Assembly (NCBI GenBank): GCA_035506535.1
Contig: DATJPE010000063.1
Location: 227,903-291,902, forward strand
Length of the DNA: 64,000 nucleotides
Source: Actinomycetes bacterium
GTDB lineage: Bacteria > Actinomycetota > Actinomycetes > DATJPE01
Direction of reading: 5' to 3'
In this document: positions 9,075-17,429 of the stretch, piece by piece
Layout of the letters: each line of letters starts with the position of its first letter
Position numbering within the stretch: the stretch's first letter is position 1
Translations under genes and position numbers: made by a program
The notes under the pieces: generated by a model
What the model saw: only the letters and a program-made list of their open reading frames with translations
Database searches by the model: none
Told to the model about the DNA's origin: nothing

Positions 9075-9917
9075 TCACCGAGAGCCCAACATCTGCTCCG
9101 CCAGGTCCTCGAGTGACTCTGCGGGCAGGCCCGCAACCAGTCGACGCAACAACGAGGGATCGCCGACCACCCGAGGGATCCCCCCGGGCGAGGTGCTCTG
9201 GATCGTCACGGGGACACCGCGGTGATCGGCAAGGGCGGTGATGACGTCGTGGAAGCTGTGGCCGACGCCGGAGCACACGTTGACGACGTGGGGAGGGTCC
9301 TCGACCTCGCCCAGGGCCAGCAGGGCGTGCGCGACCCATCGGAGACCGACGAAGTCGCGCACCAGGCTGGCGTCCCGGACGGTGACGACGCCGTCGGCGT
9401 CGGGCAGGGCGCGTACCGCCTCGACGAACTCCCCCGTCGGTGTGGTTCGGGGCTGGTCGGGTCCCACCACGTTGAAGACTCGCGCGACGACGACGTCGAG
9501 TCCCCGCTCCGACAGGTCGAGCAGTGCCTGAGTGCCCGCGAGCTTCGACGTCCCGTACGAGGAGACCGGGCTGGTCGGGTCCGTCTCGGCCACGAGAGTC
9601 CGTACGGGCACGCCGTACTCCGCGGCGGAACCGACGTGCACCAGCGGCACCGACCGGGCGAGGCAGGCTCTGCCCACCAGGTCGGGCAAGGCTGAGTTCG
9701 CCGCGTGCAGGGCGGCCTCGTCTCCGGCGATCAGGCCGGCGCAGCTGACGACCAGGCGTACGTCATGGTCGTGAAGCGTGCGCTCCAGCTGGTCCTGGCT
9801 CGTGACACGCACAGTGCCCGGTGACGCGGGCCGCCGGGACCCGATGACGACCGGACCGCGTCGGGCGGCCTGGGCGGCAAGCTCACGCCCGATCCAGCCG
9901 GTCCCCCCGATCACCAT
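9075..9917 (-). CDS. NAD-dependent epimerase/dehydratase family protein (NDP-sugar reductase/epimerase).
   Basis: 'MVIGGTGWIGRELA' Rossmann motif and 'SSYGTSKLAG' (YxxxK). The ORF-track N-terminal 72 aa look non-coding, so the internal Met was chosen. Confidence 0.65.
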   Translation of the reverse strand: MVIGGTGWIGRELAAQAARRGPVVIGSRRPASPGTVRVTSQDQLERTLHDHDVRLVVSCAGLIAGDEAALHAANSALPDLVGRACLARSVPLVHVGSAAEYGVPVRTLVAETDPTSPVSSYGTSKLAGTQALLDLSERGLDVVVARVFNVVGPDQPRTTPTGEFVEAVRALPDADGVVTVRDASLVRDFVGLRWVAHALLALGEVEDPPHVVNVCSGVGHSFHDVITALADHRGVPVTIQSTSPGGIPRVVGDPSLLRRLVAGLPAESLEDLAEQMLGSR

Positions 9918-9967
9918 GGTCGCGCCGGGCCGGGGCGTGCTCACCGCAGCAGTCTCGCACCGGCCAG

Positions 9968-11611
9968 CTAGCTGCTGCTGTAGGTGTAGGGCAGGTCCGC
10001 CGGGATCGGCACCGTCGAGCAGAACGGTCGACCGAAGCGGTGCTGGTACACGAGATACGCGCCACGGATGATCTGGTTGCGTGTGTACGCCGAGCCGCCC
10101 ACCCCCTTGTTCACGAGGGCCACGGCCGCGCACCGCCGCCGATCACCCGCGGCTGTCGGGTCCCCGAGGAGGATCTCCCGATAGACCGAGTCCACGATCT
10201 GGTCGGAGGGGCTGACCCGTTCAGCCCGCGTGGCCTCGAAGTTCACCGTCAGCAGGCTCGCGCCGAGGATCGCGATGAGCAGCGAGGCGACCGCCCAGAG
10301 CCCGATGCCGCCCCGTTCGGTGAGCCACAGGTCCGCGGCGACGAGCAACGACACGACGGCGACCGCGAACCCGACCCACGTCACGACCGTGTGGCGATAG
10401 GGCAGGCCGATCCCCGCGATGACCTGCTGTGCCTGGACCGAGACCGACATCACCGCCGCGCTGCCCAGGGCGAGCGTGGCCGCGAGCCCGGCCGCCTGCA
10501 GGAGCGCCACGGTCTGAGCGCGACGCGCATCGGCGCCGGTGGCGACCCGGGGCAGCAGGAGCCGGATCGCCAGCAAGCCCACCCCGCCGACGAAGCACCA
10601 GAGGACGAGCGGTGAGGCGAACGGGCCCGGCAGACCCCCCAGCCCGGCGTGGGACACGTCCCGTGCGGCCTGCGCGCGACCCGTCCCGGGGATGCTCGAG
10701 GCGACGTTGTTCCACCATGTGCGCAGCAGCCCGACCCCGAAGGAGGGCTTGATGCCGACGTACTGCTGGGTCGTCTCCGCCGACACCAGGGCGTGGACCA
10801 GGACGTAGGACACCGCGAACGCAGCGAGCAGGCTGCCGCCCACGACCAGCTTTGCCCGTCGGCCCGCAGCCGAGCGGGCGCTGGCCGAGACCGGCTGGAG
10901 GACCAGGGCGAGGAGAGCAACCGGGACCGCGACGTAGAACAGCTCGTACGCCGTGTTGAGGGCGACGCCGACAGCCACCATCGTCCCCACGGCCAGCACG
11001 ACCGAGGACCTCCGAGGAACCCGTACGAGCCGCTGGGACAGCCAGAGAGCGAGGGCCGGGACCCCGAGACCCACGACGACGGCCCCGTAGGTCAGGACCG
11101 CATACGAGGTCCAGCCGTTACGGAACTGGGCCTGTGCCTGCACCCCGGCCGCACCGAGCAGCAGCGCACCGGCGCTGATCAGCCCGAGGGCGCGCGGGTC
11201 GAGGCTCACGAGAGCGCCCGCAGACGTACGTCCGCGCAGGCAGGCGGCGAACAGCACGACCGCGAGGACGGCGAGGGCAACCAGAACTACCTTCTGCATG
11301 CCCTGGACGACGGCCTCCGGCGTCCCCGTCGCGAGACTGGTGTTGGTCACGCCCGTGTAGGAGAGGAACTGCACGAACTCGGAGAGCGGGTCGAAGCGGC
11401 CCTCGTGCAGACGCGTCGGGATGTTGTGCCACGGGATCGTGACCAGCCGCAGCCAGTGGCTGCCGGTGCGCCCGGGCGCGGTCAGGTAGAGGTAGCGCTG
11501 ATCGGCGTTCACGGGCGCGACGAGGACCGGCCACAGCATCACCAGGGCACCACTGATGAGGGCGAACAGTGCCGCCGCCCAGGCCAGACGACGTCGAAGC
11601 GAGGTCGTCAC
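9968..11611 (-). CDS. Large polytopic membrane protein (about 13 TM), candidate GT-C-type glycosyltransferase (ArnT/GtrC/PMT-like role).
   Basis: 547 aa with many hydrophobic segments and a C-terminal soluble domain. It sits in a cluster with a GtrB-like GT2, a GtrA-like 4-TM protein and NDP-sugar enzymes. No diagnostic motif was confirmed. Confidence 0.5.
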   Translation of the reverse strand: MTTSLRRRLAWAAALFALISGALVMLWPVLVAPVNADQRYLYLTAPGRTGSHWLRLVTIPWHNIPTRLHEGRFDPLSEFVQFLSYTGVTNTSLATGTPEAVVQGMQKVVLVALAVLAVVLFAACLRGRTSAGALVSLDPRALGLISAGALLLGAAGVQAQAQFRNGWTSYAVLTYGAVVVGLGVPALALWLSQRLVRVPRRSSVVLAVGTMVAVGVALNTAYELFYVAVPVALLALVLQPVSASARSAAGRRAKLVVGGSLLAAFAVSYVLVHALVSAETTQQYVGIKPSFGVGLLRTWWNNVASSIPGTGRAQAARDVSHAGLGGLPGPFASPLVLWCFVGGVGLLAIRLLLPRVATGADARRAQTVALLQAAGLAATLALGSAAVMSVSVQAQQVIAGIGLPYRHTVVTWVGFAVAVVSLLVAADLWLTERGGIGLWAVASLLIAILGASLLTVNFEATRAERVSPSDQIVDSVYREILLGDPTAAGDRRRCAAVALVNKGVGGSAYTRNQIIRGAYLVYQHRFGRPFCSTVPIPADLPYTYSSS

Positions 11612-11691
11612 CTGGTCGCTGCTCCTTGGGGTTCAGTGCTCCTCGGGCTCAACGCTGATCGGGAGTCGGACCAGCCGGGGGGAACGGGGGG

Positions 11692-11775
11692 TGCGCGAGG
11701 GGGGAGTTGAACCCCCACACCCTTCCGGGCACACGGACCTGAACCGTGCGCGTCTGCCTATTCCGCCACTCGCGC
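11692..11775 (-). tRNA. leuT: tRNA-Leu (anticodon CAG), long variable arm.
   Basis: Reverse complement reads GCGCGAGTGGCGGAATAGGCAGACGCGCACGGTTCAGGTCCGTGTGCCCGGAAGGGTGTGGGGGTTCAACTCCCCCCTCGCGCA. It is near-identical in architecture to E. coli tRNA-Leu(CAG). It sits downstream of fhaA, as does leuT in mycobacteria. Confidence 0.85.
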
Positions 11776-11934
11776 GAGTGAGTCCCCCAGGGTACACGTG
11801 CCGGCGTGGCCCGAGCGTCGCGACCACGGGTCCCGGGGCCGCCGCGGTCTACGATCGAGGCCAGGCACGACCGGCGCGGCTCCTGCCCGGCCGACGTCGC
11901 CGTGGACTCGACGAGCGCCGGGAGGAGGACCGCC

Positions 11935-12693
11935 ATGGGTGTGCTCGACCGCTTCGAGAAGCGGCTCGACCGCCTGGTCAACGGCGCCTTCGCCCGCACC
12001 TTCAAGGCCGAGGTCGAACCGGTCGAGGTGGCCGCGGCGCTGCAGCGCGAGTGCGACGACCGAGCCGCCATCGTCGACCGCAACCGCCGGGTCGTCCCCA
12101 ATGTCTTCACCGTCGAGCTCGGCCCGCACGACTACGAGCGTCTCCAGCCCTACGCCGCCCCGCTGGGGGCGGAGTTCGCCACGATGGTGCGCGAGCACGC
12201 CGAGGAGGCCGGCTACACCTTCTTCGGCCCGGTGGACATCGAGCTGTCCCGCGCGGAGGACCTCGACACCGGCTTGTTCCGTATCCGCAGCGACGTACGT
12301 GCCTCCGCCGATGCCTACCCGCCCGCGCCGGCCGCGCCGGCCACTCCCCTCGCTCCGGTGGCCGCGACGGCGCGCCAGCCCCAGGCGCCGACCGCCCAGC
12401 CGACGGGGGCCCGCGAAGGAACCCCATCGCTCGAGCACGACGGGCAGCGATGGGCCCTGCGCTCCCCGGCGACCACGATCGGCCGGGCGCCGGAGTGCGA
12501 CATCCAGATCGACGACCCGGGGATCTCCCGTTCCCACGCCCGCATCGAGCTGGACCCCGACCCGGTCGTCATCGACCTCGGCTCCACCAACGGGACCTGG
12601 GTCGATGGTCGCCGGGTCCAGCGGGCCCCGCTGCGGGACGGGTCATCCCTCGCCCTGGGCTCCACGACCTTCCTCGTGCGGCTCGGGCGCTAG
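11935..12693 (+). CDS. fhaA: FHA-domain protein FhaA (DUF3662 + FHA).
   Basis: 'MGVLDRFEKRLDRLVNGAFARTFKAEVEPVE' is the DUF3662 N-terminus. The C-terminal FHA 'TIGRAPECDIQIDDPGISRSHARIE...GSTNGTWVDGRRV'. RBS 'GGGAGGAGG' precedes the ATG at 11935. Confidence 0.8.
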   Translation: MGVLDRFEKRLDRLVNGAFARTFKAEVEPVEVAAALQRECDDRAAIVDRNRRVVPNVFTVELGPHDYERLQPYAAPLGAEFATMVREHAEEAGYTFFGPVDIELSRAEDLDTGLFRIRSDVRASADAYPPAPAAPATPLAPVAATARQPQAPTAQPTGAREGTPSLEHDGQRWALRSPATTIGRAPECDIQIDDPGISRSHARIELDPDPVVIDLGSTNGTWVDGRRVQRAPLRDGSSLALGSTTFLVRLGR

Positions 12694-12705
12694 GAGCCAC
12701 CGACG

Positions 12706-13185
12706 GTGTCGGACTTCTCGCTGCTGCTGGTCAAGGTCAGCTACCTGGCCCTGCTGTGGCTGTTCGTCCTCGTCGTCGCCTCCGTCATGCGCCGCGATCT
12801 GTTCCCGCGTCGGCGCGCCGCGACCACGAAGACCGCGACCGCACCGCCGGCGCGGACGACGAAGGCCCCCAAGCCGGGGAAGGCCGCCCGGGGCGCCCCG
12901 CGCACCCTGGTGGTCACCAGCGGGGCGCTCACCGGGACCACGCTGCCGCTGGCCGACCAGCCCATCACGCTCGGCCGGGCGCCGGACAACACGATCGTGC
13001 TCGACGACGACTACGCCTCCGGCTATCACGCCTGCCTTCGCCCCTACGAGGGCCGGTGGCTGGTCGAGGACCTCGGGTCCACGAACGGGACCTACCTGGC
13101 CAAGCAGAAGGTCACCAGTCCGACCGTGGTCCCGCCCGGCGTACCGGTCAAGGTCGGCAAGACCTTGCTCGAGCTGCGGAAGTAG
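12706..13185 (+). CDS. fhaB: FHA-domain membrane protein FhaB/FipA.
   Basis: N-terminal TM helix, then FHA 'ITLGRAPDNTIVLDDDYASGYHACLR...GSTNGTYLAKQKV'. Confidence 0.8.
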   Translation: MSDFSLLLVKVSYLALLWLFVLVVASVMRRDLFPRRRAATTKTATAPPARTTKAPKPGKAARGAPRTLVVTSGALTGTTLPLADQPITLGRAPDNTIVLDDDYASGYHACLRPYEGRWLVEDLGSTNGTYLAKQKVTSPTVVPPGVPVKVGKTLLELRK

Positions 13186-13191
13186 CCGGCG

Positions 13192-14418
13192 GTGACGCTG
13201 ACCCTGCGCACGGCCGCCCGCTCAGACGTGGGCCTGGTCCGCACCAACAACGAGGACGCGGCGTACGTCGGCCCGCACCTGCTCGCCGTCGCCGACGGGA
13301 TGGGCGGGCACGCGGCGGGGGAGATCGCGAGCAGCACGGTGGTGGCCGCCCTGCTGCCCCTCGACGAGCAGGAGCCCGGTCCGGACCTCGACGTCACCCT
13401 GCGGCGAGGCATCGACGCGGCCAACGAACGGCTGCGGATCGCGGTGGAGAGCAGCGAGGCGTACGAGGGGATGGGCACGACGCTGACCGCGATGCTGTGG
13501 GACGGCACCCGGCTCGGGGTCGCCCAGGTCGGTGACTCGCGTGCGTACTTGCTGCGCGACGGGGAGCTGCGCCAGATCACCTCCGACCAGACCTTCGTCC
13601 AGCGCCTGGTCGAGGAGGGCCGCCTCACCCCCGAGGAGGCCGAGCACCATCCCCAACGCTCGTTGCTTCTGCAGGCCCTCGACGGGCGCAGCGACGTCGA
13701 GCCGGCCGTGCAGGTGACCGTGCCGCAGGTGGGGGACCGCTTCCTGCTCTGCAGCGACGGGCTGTCGGACTACGTCGACTTCGAGGCCATCGCCGGGTCC
13801 CTGTCACTGGACTCACCGGACCTGGCCGCCGACGCGCTCGTCGCGCGGGCCCTGGACAACGGGGCACCGGACAACGTCACGGTGATCGTGGCCGACGTGG
13901 TGGAGGACGGCACGGTCGACGTCGGCCGGCGCCTGCTCGGCGCCGCGGCGCGCGAGACCCCGGCCGGCCCGCCCGGCAGCCCTGTCGAGGAGGAGGCGGC
14001 CGCGGCGGAGCGGGAGGGGGCGGAGCCCGTACCGGGCCGGACCACCGGCGCCCACGCGGGCGATCTGACCCGCAGCCGTTGGGTGTGGCTGGCGACCCTG
14101 GGGGTCGTCGTGGTCATGGCCGTCGGCGGCATCGTCGTCTTCTGGCACTGGACGCAGAAGCAGTGGTTCGTGGGGATCACCGACGGGGTGGTCACGGTGT
14201 CCCGAGGGATCGACGTCGACCTCCCCGTGCTCCGCCTGCACCACGTGGTCGAGCGCACCGACCTCACCGCCGCGAGCCTGCCCCAGTACGAGCTCGAGCA
14301 GGTGAGCAGCGGGATCCCCGCCCGCGACCGGGCCGCCGCCGACCAGACGGTGGAACGCCTGCGGGAGGCGGCGCAACACTGCCTGCAGTCTCCGACCACC
14401 CAGGGCTGCCCATCGTGA
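13192..14418 (+). CDS. pstP: PP2C-family Ser/Thr phosphatase PstP (PPM) with C-terminal TM segment.
   Basis: 'RSDVGLVRTNNEDA', 'VADGMGGHAAGEIAS', 'GTTLTAM', 'LLCSDGLSD' are PPM motifs. TM 'WVWLATLGVVVVMAVGGIVVFW'. Confidence 0.9.
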   Translation: MTLTLRTAARSDVGLVRTNNEDAAYVGPHLLAVADGMGGHAAGEIASSTVVAALLPLDEQEPGPDLDVTLRRGIDAANERLRIAVESSEAYEGMGTTLTAMLWDGTRLGVAQVGDSRAYLLRDGELRQITSDQTFVQRLVEEGRLTPEEAEHHPQRSLLLQALDGRSDVEPAVQVTVPQVGDRFLLCSDGLSDYVDFEAIAGSLSLDSPDLAADALVARALDNGAPDNVTVIVADVVEDGTVDVGRRLLGAAARETPAGPPGSPVEEEAAAAEREGAEPVPGRTTGAHAGDLTRSRWVWLATLGVVVVMAVGGIVVFWHWTQKQWFVGITDGVVTVSRGIDVDLPVLRLHHVVERTDLTAASLPQYELEQVSSGIPARDRAAADQTVERLREAAQHCLQSPTTQGCPS

Positions 14419-15902
14419 GCACCACCGCCACCGCGACGAGGACACCCCCGTCGGCCCCGCCCGCGGGTGTGGGTGGCGCCGGCCGGCTCGCCGAGCTCGT
14501 CCTGCTCGTGCTGGCCGTGGCCGTCGGCGCAGGCGCCTACGCCCAGGTCCGGCTCGCCGACACCGGCCGCCTGCCGGTCGGCTTCTGGGTCTGGGTGGCG
14601 GTCGGCGCGGCGATCGCGCTCGCCGCGCACGTCGCGGTACGTCTGCTCGCACCGTACTCCGACCCGGTCATCCTCCCCGTCGTCGTGGCCCTCAACGGGC
14701 TCGGTCTCGCGCTGATCTATCGCCTCGACATCGCCGCGCAGGACCGGGCCACCAGCCGCGGCGGTGCCCCGCCCACCAGCTATGCCGAGCACCAGGTCGT
14801 GTGGACGCTGCTCGGGGTCGGCCTGTTCGTCCTCGTCCTGCTCCTCGTTCGCGAGCTTCGGGTCCTGTCGCGACTCACCTACACGGCGATGCTCGTCGGC
14901 CTGGTGCTCCTCGTCCTCCCGTTGCTGCCGCACGTCGGCGTGACCATCAACGGCGCCCGCATCTGGATCCGCGTCGGCGGCCTGTCCTTCCAGCCCGGCG
15001 AGGTCGCCAAGCTCGCCCTCATCGTCTTCTTCGCCGGCTACCTGGTGGTCAAGCGCGACGTCCTCTCCCTCGCCCGCAGCCGGGTCCTCGGCATCGACCT
15101 GCCCCGCGGACGTGATCTCGGCCCCATCGTGGTCGCCTGGCTGGCCAGCCTCGCCATCCTCGTGTTCCAGAAGGACCTCGGCACCTCGCTGCTGTTCTTC
15201 GGGCTGTTCGTAGCGATGCTCTACGTCGCCACCGAGCGAGTTGGCTGGCTGGTCATCGGTGCCGTGCTGTTCCTGCTCGGGTCGACCGCCGCCTACCTGC
15301 TGTTCGCGCACGTCCACGACCGCGTCCAGGTGTGGCTGCACCCCTTCGCCGACCCGAACACGAAGGGCTACCAGATCGTCCAGGCTCTGTACGGCCTCGC
15401 GGACGGCTCCATCCTCGGGTCGGGGATCGCGCAGGGCCACCCAGACCTCGTGCCCTTCGCCAACTCCGACTTCATCGTCTCGACCGCGGGTGAGCTGCTG
15501 GGGCTCACCGGGCTCATGGCGCTGATCACGCTGTACGCGATCCTCGTCGAGCGCGGCCTGAAGGCGGCCGTCCAGGTACGCGACCCCTTCGGGCGCCTGC
15601 TCGCGTTCGGACTGGCGTTCGCCGTGGGGCTGCAGGTCTTCGTGGTCGTCGGCGGGGTCACCCAGCTGATCCCGCTGACCGGGCTCACCACACCGTTCAT
15701 GTCGCAGGGCGGCTCGTCCCTCGTGGCCAACTGGGTGCTCGCCGGGCTGTTGCTGCGGGTCAGTGACACCGCTCGCCGGCCCCCGCCGTACGTCGCTCCG
15801 CTGGAACACGTACCGCCGGCCCCGCCGCCCGGCGTCACCGCGCAGCCCACCCCGCGCGACGGGGGCGACCCGCTGGTGGACACCCAGGTGGTGGGGTCGT
15901 GA
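14415..15902 (+). CDS. rodA: SEDS-family peptidoglycan glycosyltransferase RodA/FtsW-like.
   Basis: The GTG at 14415 overlaps the pstP stop (GTGA). 'GARIWIRVGGLSFQPGEVAKL' and 'DFIVSTAGELLGLTG' are SEDS motifs. Polytopic. Confidence 0.85.
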   Translation: MSTTATATRTPPSAPPAGVGGAGRLAELVLLVLAVAVGAGAYAQVRLADTGRLPVGFWVWVAVGAAIALAAHVAVRLLAPYSDPVILPVVVALNGLGLALIYRLDIAAQDRATSRGGAPPTSYAEHQVVWTLLGVGLFVLVLLLVRELRVLSRLTYTAMLVGLVLLVLPLLPHVGVTINGARIWIRVGGLSFQPGEVAKLALIVFFAGYLVVKRDVLSLARSRVLGIDLPRGRDLGPIVVAWLASLAILVFQKDLGTSLLFFGLFVAMLYVATERVGWLVIGAVLFLLGSTAAYLLFAHVHDRVQVWLHPFADPNTKGYQIVQALYGLADGSILGSGIAQGHPDLVPFANSDFIVSTAGELLGLTGLMALITLYAILVERGLKAAVQVRDPFGRLLAFGLAFAVGLQVFVVVGGVTQLIPLTGLTTPFMSQGGSSLVANWVLAGLLLRVSDTARRPPPYVAPLEHVPPAPPPGVTAQPTPRDGGDPLVDTQVVGS

Positions 15903-17347
15903 TCCGCCCGCTGCGCCGGATGACGCTGCTGCTCGGTCTGCTGTTCTTCTCGCTGCTCGTGCAGGCGACCAGGGTGCAGGTCATCGAGGCCCGGCACCTG
16001 CAGACCGACACCGGCAACATCCGGCCGATCATCGCCCAGTACGGACGCGAGCGCGGCGCGATCCTCGTCGGTCCGGCACCGGTCGCGCGATCGGTGGACA
16101 CCGGCGACGCGCGCCTGCGCTACGAGCGGCGCTACCCGATGGGTCCGTTGTACTCCGCCGCGACCGGCTTCTACTCCCTGGTGTACGGCGCCACCGGCAT
16201 CGAGCGGGCGGAGGACCCGATCCTGTCCGGGACCGACCCCCGGCTGCTCGGCAGCCAGTTCAGCGACCTCATCCAGGGGCAGGCCCGCAAGGGCGGGTCG
16301 GTCCTCCTGACGCTGAACGCGGCCGCCCAGCAGGCCGCCTACGACGGGCTGCGCAAGTACCGCGGCGCGGTCGTCGCCATCGAGCCCTCGACCGGGCGCA
16401 TCCTCGCCCTGGTGTCGAGCCCCTCCTTCGACCCCAACCCCTTGTCGGCGAACAACGCCAAGACCGAGACCACCGCCTGGAACGCCTACACCAAGGACTC
16501 CAACCAGCCGCTGCTGAACCGCCCGCTCGCGAAGACGTACCCCCCCGGCTCGTCCTTCAAGATCGTTACCGCCGCCGCCGCGCTGTCCAGCGGCAAGTAC
16601 ACGATGACGACGGAGATCCCCGCGCCCGCCGCCCTGCAGCTGCCGCAGTCGACCAAGAAGCTGCCGAACTACGACAACCGCCCATGCTTCGGCGGCAAGG
16701 TGACTCTCGAGCAGGCGTTGCAGATCTCGTGCAACACCGCGATGGCCAACGTCGGCCTGACGCTGGGCGACCAGACACTGCGCGAGCAGGCCGAGAAGTT
16801 CGGCTTCAACCACACCTTCCAGGTCCCCATGACCGCGGCCCAGTCGGTGTTCCCGGCCGACCTCAACGCGCCGCAGACGGCACTCGCCGCGATCGGCCAG
16901 TACGACGTCCGGGCCACCGCCCTGCAGATGGCGATGGTCGCCGCCGGGGTGGCCAACCACGGACTGGTCATGAAGCCGTACCTCGTCGAGCAGGTCAACG
17001 GGCCCGACCTCGCGCCCCTGTCGCGGACCGAGCCCCAGGAGTTCGACCAGGCGGTCACCCCCCTGGTCGCCAGCGAGCTGACCGCGATGCTGGTCAACGT
17101 GGTCGACAACGGGACCGGTCGCCCCGCGAGGATCCCGGGGGTGCAGGTGGCCGGCAAGACCGGGACCGCGCAGACCAGCCCGGGCCACCCGCCGCACGCG
17201 TGGTTCGTCGCCTTCGCCCCGGCGCAGGACCCCAAGGTCGCGGTGGCGGTCGTCGTGGAGGACGGCGGGAACCTGGGGTCCGAGGCGACCGGCGGCAAGC
17301 TGTCGGCCCCGATCGCGAAGGCCGTGATCCAGGCGGTGCTCAAGTGA
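15899..17347 (+). CDS. pbpA: Class B penicillin-binding protein PbpA (transpeptidase).
   Basis: 'PPGSSFKIVTAAAAL' (SxxK), 'SCN', 'KTGTAQ'. Overlaps the rodA stop. Confidence 0.9.
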   Translation: MIRPLRRMTLLLGLLFFSLLVQATRVQVIEARHLQTDTGNIRPIIAQYGRERGAILVGPAPVARSVDTGDARLRYERRYPMGPLYSAATGFYSLVYGATGIERAEDPILSGTDPRLLGSQFSDLIQGQARKGGSVLLTLNAAAQQAAYDGLRKYRGAVVAIEPSTGRILALVSSPSFDPNPLSANNAKTETTAWNAYTKDSNQPLLNRPLAKTYPPGSSFKIVTAAAALSSGKYTMTTEIPAPAALQLPQSTKKLPNYDNRPCFGGKVTLEQALQISCNTAMANVGLTLGDQTLREQAEKFGFNHTFQVPMTAAQSVFPADLNAPQTALAAIGQYDVRATALQMAMVAAGVANHGLVMKPYLVEQVNGPDLAPLSRTEPQEFDQAVTPLVASELTAMLVNVVDNGTGRPARIPGVQVAGKTGTAQTSPGHPPHAWFVAFAPAQDPKVAVAVVVEDGGNLGSEATGGKLSAPIAKAVIQAVLK

Positions 17348-17429
17348 CCCGCTGGACCGAGCCACCCGAGGTCGGACCCGCTGTCCCGGTTGGGCCGAGG
17401 GGCGCGCGCTGCTCTGGGAGGATGCCGGG

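Noticed and set aside
15368-17365. 665-aa minus ORF antisense to rodA/pbpA
   Set aside because: Antisense to two unambiguous, motif-bearing genes. Junk composition.
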